From: Phoronis australis
Taxonomy: Eukaryota > Animalia > Phoronida
Assembly (NCBI GenBank): GCA_002633005.1
Contig: NMRA01000153.1
Location: 649,935-713,934, forward strand
Direction of reading: 5' to 3'
DNA: 64,000 bases
Shown here: positions 36,567 to 47,900 of the stretch, piece after piece
Position numbering within the stretch: the stretch's first letter is position 1
How the letters are laid out: each line of letters starts with the position of its first letter
Position numbers and translations under genes: made by a program
Notes under the pieces: model-generated
Seen by the model: only the letters and a program-made list of their open reading frames with translations
Told to the model about the DNA's origin: nothing
Databases searched by the model: none

Positions 36567-39500
36567 TTAGAAAATCATTTTGTGTGGATAGTCATGGCTT
36601 CCCAAAGAGAACATGGCACCCAGATATCCAAACAACAGTTTCTTCTCTGGACTTTTACGAATAACCTCGAGTAGTTGAGTATCAACGGCTACCTGGTCTT
36701 CTTTGCGCTCGTCGCTGACTGAATACGACTGAAACAGAAAAGAACATACCTTCAGTTGGTGACACTCATTATGTCTCGGTAATAGTCAGATATAACGAGC
36801 CCATATTCTGAGAACTAGTTTTCTCAAATTGCTGACACATTACATCTGACTATTATCCATGTCTCGCCAGCAGAGATGTTCTTTTTAGTCATAGCAACCA
36901 AATTTTGAGTGCCATTATGGGACCCAATAATCTCGCTCATTTTCCTATAAACAGATAGCCTGGAACAAAATAAAGTATACACAACACCAGACACTGATAT
37001 TGCGATAATGTAAATCAGATTTACAATGCTGACGACTTCACTGTATTTATGAAGCTTAATGAGCAGTTACTTTTTGAACCCAACCCTGGAAAGAGAATCA
37101 GAGTGTTGACAGAAATTTGTTTTGATCTTGACTAAAATATCGTGTTTGTGTCTATCACTTCTTACAAAACATTCACATTAAGCCTGCACTGTCATACTTG
37201 TATTTAAAATTGTATTTATATTATGTGTTGAGGTACCACTCAAGGTTCCAGAGGACTGACAGTAGTTACGAACCCTTGCGCATTACGAGAATTGAGCGAA
37301 GATGACTCGAATCCAGGATGTAATCTCAGGGTTCCATTGCCACAAGATAAGTCAAACCTATGAACTCAAACTCTTTGTCACAGAAGTTGGAACTGTGCTG
37401 TACAACAAGCTTAAACAGACTCGGAGTGTGAAATGAAGTTCGCATGTTAAAAGCTCAACCTTCCATAGATTATATGCATCAGTCAACTACCAGTAAATAC
37501 AGTGACAAACTTAGTGAGCTGTCAACTTCATGGACTTCGAGGTCTCATGTAAAGAACTACAAAGCAAAATTGCAGATGCTTGCCCATCTCAAACGAGGTC
37601 TGTTACAGAAGGGTTCAAATTTAGTACGAATTTAGGGGCACAATGTCTCAGATTTTCTCAAATTTGCATACAGACTTAGAAACAAGAGGCACATAAATGC
37701 TTGTAACTATTTGTTTTACGCTATTTTTATACATCTGAACACCCTTGAACATGATGCTTTTGCATCAGCTTCCAACAGTTAGAAACAAAAAGTTCTTTTG
37801 TGAGATTAGAGTTTAGGTACACACAAATGTGTCTTGACTTCCCGAATCTACTCTACAAACATGAAAGCTGATTTCAAGTTAACGTATTTCCACCACGTAT
37901 CAGACTCTGGATTTGGAGACAAAATTCTGGCACTTTCAACCATTTTCCATAGTAAGAAGACTAACCTCTTTCTGAGTGTCGAAGATTTCGCCCTCAGTGT
38001 GCTTGGGCTTGTTTAGTGTCTTCCTACGGAAGTAGTCGTCGTTGACACGTTCCGGTACATTGACGCTACTGATGTCCAGCTGGGTCTTGGTGGCGATGAC
38101 GTACTGCTGGTTGATACGTCTCAGGGGACAGCCATTCAAGTGGTACGGCCCTGTAAGAAAACCAGACGCAGATGCAGTGGACATAACACAATATGATGAT
38201 TCATAGTTTGGTAAGGAACATCACGAGTGCATGTGAACAGAGGAAACATTGAAATTCACAAACATGGTGAGCCCAACAGAACACATTCATAAACGACTGT
38301 CAGCATACAGTTAAAGCAGCCATAGAACCACGGACCATCAAAAGCGATGATTTTGTTTAGATCACTTATCACTACAGAATTGATCTGAACTTCATCTTTA
38401 TGCAGAAAGGAAATGATTTTTGTTTTCCAAAGAACTGAAATTGTTATTCTCCCACCCCCCCCCAAGGACCATGCCGAGCACATAAAATGACGGGGCTTGA
38501 CATGAGAATTGTCGAGCCTGGGTAGAGCTTAATAATGCCAGGACCTTGCTAGAAAAACCAGACTTCATGAGATATTGCTTTGTATTTTAAACGAGAACGT
38601 GATAATGCTAGATATTTTAAGTTGCCAGACAGCTACTGAACTCTACCCTGGTCTCAAGTACTAACAGCCAGTTCTTATGAAGCTCTCAATCCCCTATACT
38701 TGCCAAAGGACCATTTTAAGACCCAATTTCACACAGAACAGTGTCTTCAATTAACATTAGTGTTTTGTGACGGATGACAGGTTTGTAATCCCAATTTAAA
38801 TGTTATAATTTCCAGCTTGATGACCTACTTATTTTTGTCAGGCAATGTGTAATAAAATAGTGACTAATTGTTACATGAATAAATACATGTAGTCAACTAC
38901 TACTGTCATTTCATGTTAAAACCCCCTTACCAGTGACGAGGAGTAAACCAGATCCCAACTGCTTCAAGAAGACAACTCTCTGAAAACAAAATGTTCATTT
39001 TAGTCAAATACTTAGTACATTGAGATACGTGACTTAACAGGTGTCAATATCATAGAAAGCTTTTGGAAATATTCATATCAAAAATCCCAACACAGAAATA
39101 TTCATATCAAAAATCCCAACACAGAAAGTCATAATTAACACTTCAGGACACAACTCATCCCAACAATTCCCATTTCTTCACATTTCACATTTTGAATACC
39201 TTAAGGTAGGTGGATACACAAAAAATTAATTTTGACTGTTTTTTACATTTTCATATCATCCTAATCTTTAATTCTTGATGCACAGTATACTGAAGAAAAA
39301 TAAAATCATTCTGAAAATCCAAAGTTGTTTTTTTAGCTATATTTGACCAAACCTCAGTAAGTCATATGGCTTGAGTGCTCACCAGCTCAGTGATTGACAA
39401 CTGGGGCGGAGCTTATATACAAGGACACTAGCTCTAATCTAACCCTGTCAACAAGCATTGCGTAACCGGGCAATCGAGAGTGATGTACCAGCTGATATTG

Positions 39501-42500
39501 GTGTTGTAGCAAGACCAAGAATAAAATAATTCTATTTTTGACCATGTGAAAGTTAGTAGTGAAATGGTGAACTAGCTCCTGTTCCGAGCCTGAGCCTGTT
39601 TGTCTATCTGCAAAAAAATTAAGTTGAGTACGCCAAGCCCTACCGAAGCCATCACTGCACTCAGCTTGAGGAGTCCGTGCAGAAATTGTGCATGTATAAG
39701 AGAAGTCGGTAATATAAGGTCAGTTGTCTTGCGAGAGGACGCTGAGTGTCGACGTGGGTGGTGTTGCACGATTCGGTGAGAGTGCATACACGCGCTGTGA
39801 AGACAAGCCGCGCGCGCGACACATGGACAACTACATGCCGTCAGAGTAGAGTCTTCGCAGATAAACCGTGCTTCTGTGCTGGGAACGTGCCGTGGAGAAA
39901 CTAGGTTGTCAAACCCAGAGGATTTTTAACTTGCCACTGGCCGTAACCCAAAGAATTAGAGAAATGACCCAGTGTTCAACATAACAAAAAATTTTCTAGT
40001 GCATAGATTCAAACGTAACCCTGAATTAAAACTCATGATATTATACGATTTTAGAGGAAAGCAATATAAGAAACTTTAGTAACTTGAGAATCTCACCCAA
40101 GCGGCGCTATTTGCGCAGAAAGTGATATTTTCTTATCCCAAAGTCCATTCGGTACAGGCACGTAAAAATGTTGAACCATTACTATGAAAGTAGTTCTTTA
40201 TCCTCGTCGCCAATATTGTTATGTAGGCAGTAACGCGGCGATTTGATATAACACATATATTGGTTGATGATAATATTGGAATACTAACAAATAGGTCTGT
40301 GTAATATAGTTAGAGAGTCTTTTACAAACTGAGTGGAGAGTTCAGATGAATCGTATAAACAATCAACACATGGTGGTCGGCACACCAGTACAGCAGACAA
40401 TAGATCAACGCTAAGCTCCGCCCACGTGACAGCCATATTTGTTTTGGTCGTCTGTCGTGCATCACAAGTTCGAAAAAATGATTAAAATTACGCTGTAAAC
40501 AAACAGGTATGTCACATTTTCTAAATATGAAGTAAATATCAGCTTTATTTCTAGTACTTCAACAAAAATTGGAACATAATGACCACGCATTCTGAACGAA
40601 ATTTGATCTCAAGTGGCAATCGATGACCGCTTAACTTCAAAGCCGTTTTTCTCGGCTCGTGATTTCAGGATAGTGACACGATTCTCGGGCCTATTTTTCC
40701 ACAACACGTGGGTCAATTTTAACGAAAGTTGCAAATTTGAAATCCTCTTGGACTGAAGTAAAATCGCGTGCCAGGGTTTTTTGATAAATGGACCAGATTT
40801 TTAGTTATTAGACGGAAAGTGACCAAATGACAAAAAGTGGCGTGCTTGCCCCAAGTCACACACAAAAAATGATCATAATGATTTTGTACATATATTTAGT
40901 ATGGATAAGTAGAATATTGCGTAAGGAAATAGTTGATGATGATCCCTGTGCATTTTGAAAAAAAATTCGAGGTAAAATTGGATTTGTTGAAAATTAAAAA
41001 ATACGATTTAAAAAAAAAAACGAACTACAAAAAAAACATTTTTTTCGATTTTTGTCACTTTCAGAATCATGTCTAACTAGTTAAAACTCCCTTTTTACTC
41101 ATTTAAGTTAGAAACCTGGAGATTTGATCAGTGTATACACCTACCTTAACAGTACTATTAGTTTAGTCATATAAAGTCTTCACTGACGTTCTATCGAAAA
41201 AAGGAAAGGTGAGCACAAGCTTTGTACATAATCTGCTGTTTTTGTTCAAGGAACAGATTAGGAACATTTAAACCAACTGCAGTGAAAAATTCATAGAAAG
41301 ATTTCCAAAAAATAAACCTGCTGATGCACAAGTGTATAATGTTCTGTCCAAGTCTTGTTTCATTACTAAGTGCGCCCTCTACCTCAGTTTGCAAAAGCTT
41401 GGAATTAGATCATACAAACTCACAATAAATGGCGTACAATGACGAAGCACAAACCTTTAATAACCTACCTTGCCCTTGTGCCTGCCAGCTACAAGGATGA
41501 GGACAGTGCCTGGAGTGATGGAAGCCCTAAGCTTCCTTTTGTGTTGACTGAAGTATTTCTTTTTGTACGTCCTCAGTTTCCTTTGTTTATCCTCAGTAGG
41601 ATAGAACCGAGGCTGAAATGACAAAGCAGTAACTGAGCCTCTTAAAGCAACCCCTCCCAATAGTTTTCTTCAAAAGCTATAATTTAATGATTATTTAATG
41701 CCATTGATGTTCACAATGCACAAATACACCTCAGTGAAACATTTGTGTCAAATACAGCCAACACACGGTGCTGCAGTGCCTAAAATCCCCGCATATTCAA
41801 GGATGCGTTTCTAAAAATGAAAACATTCGACTTCAATTCTGAAACTGTTACGTGAACTGGAACTGGCCAACATGGATCTATGAAAGTAAAAGGTGCATTT
41901 CAGGTATTAGATTGATGCGACTGTTTCTGATTTGAAAACCAGTTACTCCAAGACCTGCACTTTTTGAGACGTTTGCATTGCCCCAAAAGCGTTTGAATTG
42001 CCCACCAACACCTTTGGATATTTAATTGTGAATGCTGCAAATAAAATAGTCATAAGTTTGTAAGTTCTGAGAGAATTTCAGATCAATAAATATTTATCTC
42101 ATTGTGTACTTTACTCGCTGCAAACAAGGGAGCACATTTTGATGCGATATGACATAACACTAGCATACATACATAAACAAGAGCAACGCAGAGCATTGAA
42201 ATGCGCCCACAATTGCACCGCATACGGTATCCTTCTAGGGTTGTTTATTGGTACCATAAAGTGGCCAGTAGAGGGCATATATGTAGTATGTTGTACTTTG
42301 CAAAATGGACAGGCATGGTCATTGTCTCCTCAATAGGCTAGGGGCAAAATGTGAGTGATCTTCATAAAACAAGCACATCCTATACATCAGTTGCTTAAAG
42401 CACCACAGAAACATAGAATTAAAAACAAATTTACCAACATACGAGATTAGCACAGCATTAGAATGCCAGAAACAAATTTCTACTTGGAACTTTTCCTTCA

Positions 42501-43864
42501 TAGTCACGAAGTAACACAAAGTATACACCTGAAGACCTATGAAAATACAATGGTCAATGTAAAATACTAAAATTGCCACTAGAGGCATACCGGTAGTCAA
42601 AATCATCCTAAAGTCGTCATCGTGCGTTGTCAACATCACATAAATACACTTGCTAAATTTAGTAAAGATCCTGCAAACGGTTTGGGAGATACAGACATGG
42701 GCGCAAAAAAAACTGCCACTAGGAGACGCCACAGTAATCAGTCATGGGAAATTCAGCGTCAACCGTCCTCTTCATAGTAAGAACATACATGCCAATTTTC
42801 ACAATCATACTTATAGCGGTTTGGTTGATAGAGGGGTGGACACCAAAAAACAGACTCAAAAACAGTAAAAATGGNNNNNNNNNNNNNNNNNNTACCTTCC
42901 CTTTTGAATCCAACCCCGCCCCCCGCAAATGCACCCACACCTATAGCAATTTTCCGCCAATCCGTATCCGCCAGAATTCGGGTCATTTTTTCACGGAGTC
43001 ATTATTTATGCTACCCTGGCACAGTGGGGTATGACGTCATCAGCGGGTGAAACGACAAAACCTTTTTTAAAAATCTCTTTTAACTAAGTTGGAGTTTTGC
43101 GTTTTCTCATTGGGTTCATTTTTGGACTCTTGCGAACGTTAGTTAGTTTGCGTTTGCGAGAAGACAACACGTGTTCTCTCGCGAACGTGACCCCGTTCGC
43201 GAGAACAACGCCGGTCCTCTCGCGAACGTGAGTTCATTGGCGGACATCTTGGATCGAGGAAAAACGCTCAGGAGGCGAACATAATTTGTCGCGTATCTTC
43301 TCAAATGTTGTAGATTTCACGAAAAAGTGTGTGTAGAGTGGCGCGCGTGATCCATAAGAGTGGGTAATTGTATATTGCGACACTTCATTTTATTTTTTAA
43401 GTATTCCTGACAGAATTTGAAATGGGACCAACTTATCCGACTATTACCGAATACTACTACTAGAAGTATGTTCTAACAGATCACAATAAGCTCCTATGGC
43501 TGCAACCAAACATTAAACATGTCTGAAGTATCACTTCAAATACTTTTGATTCAGTTCAAATTGGTTAACGTGATAGTTGGCCCCAAAAACAAAGCGTAGG
43601 GGGGGTCCTGGTGAACACCACTCCATGAGGTGGTCAGGCAGGTGACAATAAGTGACATACCATTCTCTGGACGCGCACAGTTCTGGTGCTCCCATTCTTG
43701 TCCCCACCAATCTCCTTGGTCACAACACGGGCTGTAGACTGGCTCTTGCCACCCTTTTTCTGGCCCTTTTTTGCCCATCTACTCCTGTTTTTCTTCTGGT
43801 TCATGCGGGATGAGGAAAACCTCATTATCCCACTGCCAGCCAACTCGTAGTTTCTGGCTCCCAT
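36567..43864 (-). CDS. RPL6: 60S ribosomal protein L6 (eL6), 247 aa, 5 coding exons
   Basis: Exons (minus) 43864-43661 ([17 protein letters not shown]...[19 protein letters not shown]), 41612-41469 (PRFYPTED...[22 protein letters not shown]), 38979-38931 ([16 protein letters not shown]), 38150-37966 ([21 protein letters not shown]...[10 protein letters not shown]), 36728-36567 (...RKEDQVAVD...YPHKMIF*). Canonical junctions, 744 nt in frame, classic eL6 motifs; AATAAA on minus strand near 36530. Confidence 0.97.
39205..41145. mobile_element. Kolobok-like non-autonomous element (1.94 kb) in RPL6 intron
   Basis: TTAA|GGTAGGTGGATACAC...GTGTATACACCTACC|TTAA (14/15 TIR match); internal inverted motif GGGCGGAGCTTA (~39404) / TAAGCTCCGCCC (~40412). 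Confidence 0.8.
42177..42874 (-). mobile_element. Helentron/HINE-like element, copy B
   Basis: Plus strand starts acaagagcaacgcagagcattgaaatgcgcccac, the reverse complement of the copy A/C end; internal modules match 34900-35150. Confidence 0.55.
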
Positions 43865-44202
43865 CTGCAACAAATTTCGAAAATGAACAGGTGATATTTA
43901 CGTTAAAACATGCGAGATACAGAAATGATACAGCTTCTCAACCAGAGGGATCAATTATTTGGTGTCTGTGCTGTAATCGACCGAGGAACTGGGATTGTCC
44001 CTGGACTGAGCAAGGGACAATATTTACCAGTTTACTAGTACCTTGATTTAGACGAATTTAAGTACATTCAAGAAAAAATGGTATGTGATACGACAGTTGA
44101 AACCAACAAGTGCTAAACTATGGAAATTACGGATAGATGCCTTCTACAAAGTTGCGATTTCTGTTCGATAGTAAACGGTTTCTCACGACACCGTTTACTC
44201 AC

Positions 44203-44225
44203 TTTGGCCAAGATGTCGGAAAAGG
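44203..44225 (-). promoter_or_regulatory. RPL6: RPL6 non-coding first exon beginning with TCT initiator / 5' TOP tract
   Basis: Minus strand reads CCTTTTCCGACATCTTGGCCAAA|gtgagt: polypyrimidine TCT motif (YCTYTYY) typical of ribosomal protein genes, then a consensus donor; splicing to the acceptor at 43865 places CCAAA directly before the ATG. Confidence 0.75.
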
Positions 44226-44280
44226 CCGTTCATCCGGGTTTTCGAAGCACAAGAAATGGTGACGTAGTACACACCGGTTA

Positions 44281-44311
44281 TCACTTCCAAAGCCAATAAC
44301 GCACATTGCTG
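44281..44311 (+). promoter_or_regulatory. INO80E: Putative INO80E initiator and non-coding first exon
   Basis: TCACTTC (YYANWYY Inr-like) at 44281-44287 followed by strong donor CTG|gtaagt at 44311/44312; the next good acceptor (ttttttccag, 44900) precedes the INO80E ATG at 44911. Confidence 0.5.
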
Positions 44312-44465
44312 GTAAGTTATGAAGTGTTATGATCAGTTACAACCCGAATTCCCCGTGGAAAAGACCAAAATAACAGTTTGTAAACGTGTTGGTATGTATG
44401 GATAGCTTAGTGTGTTATTTAAGCTAATTCTTAATTGTGTAGTAATAGCCGAGATTACCCGACCC

Positions 44466-44540
44466 GCCGACCCGGGAATTGAACCAGCGAACCCCATAAT
44501 AAAACCTGAGAGCGTGCTAACCCATTCATGATTCATCTAA
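44466..44540 (-). repeat. tRNA-derived SINE-like head (other such heads at ~37300-37350, 49632-49700, 52270-52340, 56918-56990, 60300-60330)
   Basis: Minus strand has box A-like TGGGTTAGCACG and box B GGTTCAATTCCC but no complete cloverleaf. Confidence 0.45.
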
Positions 44541-44910
44541 TAGGCAATTGCCCGTTAGCGAGTAGCGAAAAGAGGCTCATATCATTCACCGGAAGCACAT
44601 ATACAACACCGAATACGGAATAGACAACCATGCATTAATGGTAGACTTACACAAGTCACACAGACACGTCCCCTATTGGTGCTGCCTGCATCCTTGCGAC
44701 GGTACTAACAGTCAGTATATCTGCCTGTCCGCAGTGACAGTGATTAGTTAAATAGAAAAGTTCACCGCACATCTGTAAAATTCCTTCTTCCCCTCCACAG
44801 CAGTCTCCTGGAACAAGAACCTGCCCACGTCATTGTTGCTTCCTCTCCAAGAGAGATAGAGTCGCCTTCATTGCGGTTACCTTATCTGTCTTTTTTCCAG
44901 AATTCAACAA

Positions 44911-47900
44911 ATGATGCCTGTTTCTGCTGATTTGGAAGATGATAACAGTAAGTTTCTTTCATTGATCAATGGAATTGGAAATGGATGTTTTTGTCTCTTG
45001 GACTTTGTTGGCTTGTTGACTTCTTGTTCATAGCATTCTCATCTTTAGGCAATGACCATCGCCTCTGTTGGCCCGAACCAGAGGCGATGCAGAGGCTATA
45101 GGCGCTCTGTACGCCGGAAGCTTTTTGGCGAATTATCCCTCGCACCGACTAAACTATCAAAGTCACGTTGTTATAAATACCTTTTGCGCATAGAGGAACA
45201 CCTTAGGAGGTTGTCGATGTGTTTAAGTCCTTCCAACTCGAACAAATACTCCCGTTATGAAACTTTTTCTTCAATCAGTCCCTATTTCAGTTCCCAAAAT
45301 CGTGAAATCAAAATTTTTGTACTGCGCACGCTCCAATTTTTACCGCCCTCGCTAGGTGATGTGACTTCATAACCTCAATAATTTTTAAATAGGCCAAAGG
45401 TGAGCCATTGCGGTCGTTTCCAAAGTGCCACCACTTATACTTGTCTTTAATTGGCGTTACTTGAAACTGTTTGTATTTCAATGAATTATTGTTTGTATTT
45501 GATAAAAATAAATGCTGTTGATATGACATTTAATAGTCTTTGTGCACATATTTGACATTTTAATGTTTAACAACACGGCAAATGCACGGCTGGTTCCCGG
45601 CAGCACGTACGCGAAGGGCGGGAACTTCAGCTTTCAAAGTTTGCCGGTAGGTCCGCAACTTCTGACCTTCGGCCTGGTTTAAACATAAAAAAGTTGATTT
45701 CACGATTTTGGGAACTGAAATAGGGACTGCTCGAAGAAAAAGTTTGATAATGGGAGTATTTGTTCGAGTTGGAAGGAATTAAACACATCGACAACCTCCT
45801 CAGGTGTTCTTCTATGCGCAAAAGGTATTTATAACAACGTGACTTTGATGATTTAGTCGGTGCGAGGCATAATTCGCCGAAAAGCTTCCGGCGTACTGAG
45901 CGCCTATAGCCTCTGCATCGCCTCTGGTTCAGGCCAACAGAGGCGATGGTCATTGCCTATCTCATCTTATGCTATATGATTTCCAATGTCAGTGTTTTAG
46001 TCATCAAAAAAGTGACGCTTATAGATTCTTAAGTGTTAGAAAAGTTCTAAGGATACTAAACCTTGTTGTTGATTTCAACCAATCCTCCTTCTGTCTACTG
46101 CTAATGCATCATTGGCATCGATCTTTAACTTTTTTAAATACATACAGGAATCAACTAAAAACGGAAACTCCCCATCTCACAAATTGTATGTTAGGGTTCT
46201 TGGTCTTTTCCCACAGTTGCCTTAGGTACTGAATTCACTACAAGCGTAGGTCATGCTTTCCCATTTCATTTAGCAGACTTTTGAAAGGAGTTTTTGCAAA
46301 CTTTTGATGGTTGTCGAGGGTTACAGAACATTATTTTGTTTTAGAGAACTGGATGAGACAGTCATTCTTAGTATCTGTTTATATACCAAAACCGGGTTTG
46401 GTACTTAGTATCCTTTTCTATAATTATTATTACCCTTTCATACAGTATTATAACGTCAGTAGTCAAAATTACATGTTTAAATACTATCATATCAGTTGAC
46501 GTCTGCTTCTTCTCTTCACACACTGACACCATGGTTTTGAAAGTGGCAGTATAGGTGAATTTTAAAATAGCCGTGCCATATTGAAGTTCACTATCTAGGC
46601 CTTTATCCAGGATTTTGAAAATAGGGTGTCCAAAATGGGGTTCCCAATATTCCAGGGTGTCCATGATTCCAACGCGTAAACCCCCACCCCCAGAAATACC
46701 CCCAAACACACAGATTTTTTTACAAAAAATGCATAGATCAAGGTTTTTACATCTAAGTTTATAAAACAGCCTTCTGTGGTGAGCATTTTTACTAAAAAAA
46801 ACTATGTAGACCAAGACTTTTACAATGCTGTCAATCAAGTGTCAAAATAGCAACAATGCATATACTTTGTATATATACAATGTGTATTTCTTCCTGCTTT
46901 GAAAAAAGAGCCCCCCCACTGTGAGCCTTCAGAGGCATCCTAGTATTCATTACAATGTGCGAGTCCAAACTTGAAAGGTTCCTATTGACAGTGGGCATCC
47001 AAATGATACATTGGGCGTCCTTGCCAGGGCGTCCTGATTAGTGCTAGGGCGTCCATTTGGACGCCCAGGACGTACGCTGCATAAAGGCCTGTCATTATCG
47101 CTAGATGGCGATCAGGTCTTTCAAGGATAGGAGTTCTGGTACTAATGCCTTTCGAAAAAAGCCATTTGCCTTTTGGAATACCAATTCATGGAAAATGACA
47201 ACATGCTTCGTACATTTCCTACTGCGAAGAAGAATACGCGGCAAAGCCAGTGGCTCACTGGCTGATAAAGCAGGAGAATTTCGATTCCAGCTGGTGTCAA
47301 AAGGCTAAAATAAATTAATGCACTTAAACTAATCAAACAATGGGAGGTATGAACAGTAGAATTTATTTCTCTGCTTTTAAATAAATGATCCACTGTACTA
47401 TGTAGCAATTGAATTTCTGTCCACCAAATTTTAGTTGAGATCAAGTGGAAGTCACTTTCATACTTCATACTGTAGAGAGCACAATGATGAAAAGTCTCCT
47501 ATTGAGTCTAAAAAAACCATGACGTGTTGCTATTTGTTTTCTACAATTTCAGATGGCTCTTCCCAAGGTCACACAGAAAATGGCATGGGTCAAGATCCCA
47601 TTAATTACAAACAGAAGTACAAAATATTAAAGAAGAAGCTGAGAATACTTGTTCATGAACAGGAATGCTTCATGGAAGAACTTAGAAAGGCTCAACGAAA
47701 ACTACTTAAAGTGTCCAGAGATAGGAGGTGAGACACGTGTTCTCGTAGTTAGTCCTGGGCAAAAAATCCTTTTGAGAGTCAGTTACATGTGAATGTGGAA
47801 ACACGTTTTGTTCAGCTTTCAACATTCGCTAGTTTGGAATTAGAATGTATTCCAAAACATTTAAATAAACATGTCCATTTTTATGTGGCCACATTCTCAG

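Noticed and set aside
38295-38380. Possible box C/D snoRNA in an RPL6 intron (minus: GTGATAA…CTGA)
   Set aside because: Box C is degenerate, terminal stem only 3 bp and rRNA complementarity too short; needs Infernal/snoscan before any claim.
44466-44540. Possible tRNA gene between RPL6 and INO80E coding regions
   Set aside because: Box A/B present but no acceptor stem or anticodon arm could be folded; treated as SINE-like.
45052-45953. Two nearly identical ~107-aa ORFs on opposite strands (MTIASVG…)
   Set aside because: They are the two TIR arms of the MULE-like element; no recognisable protein.
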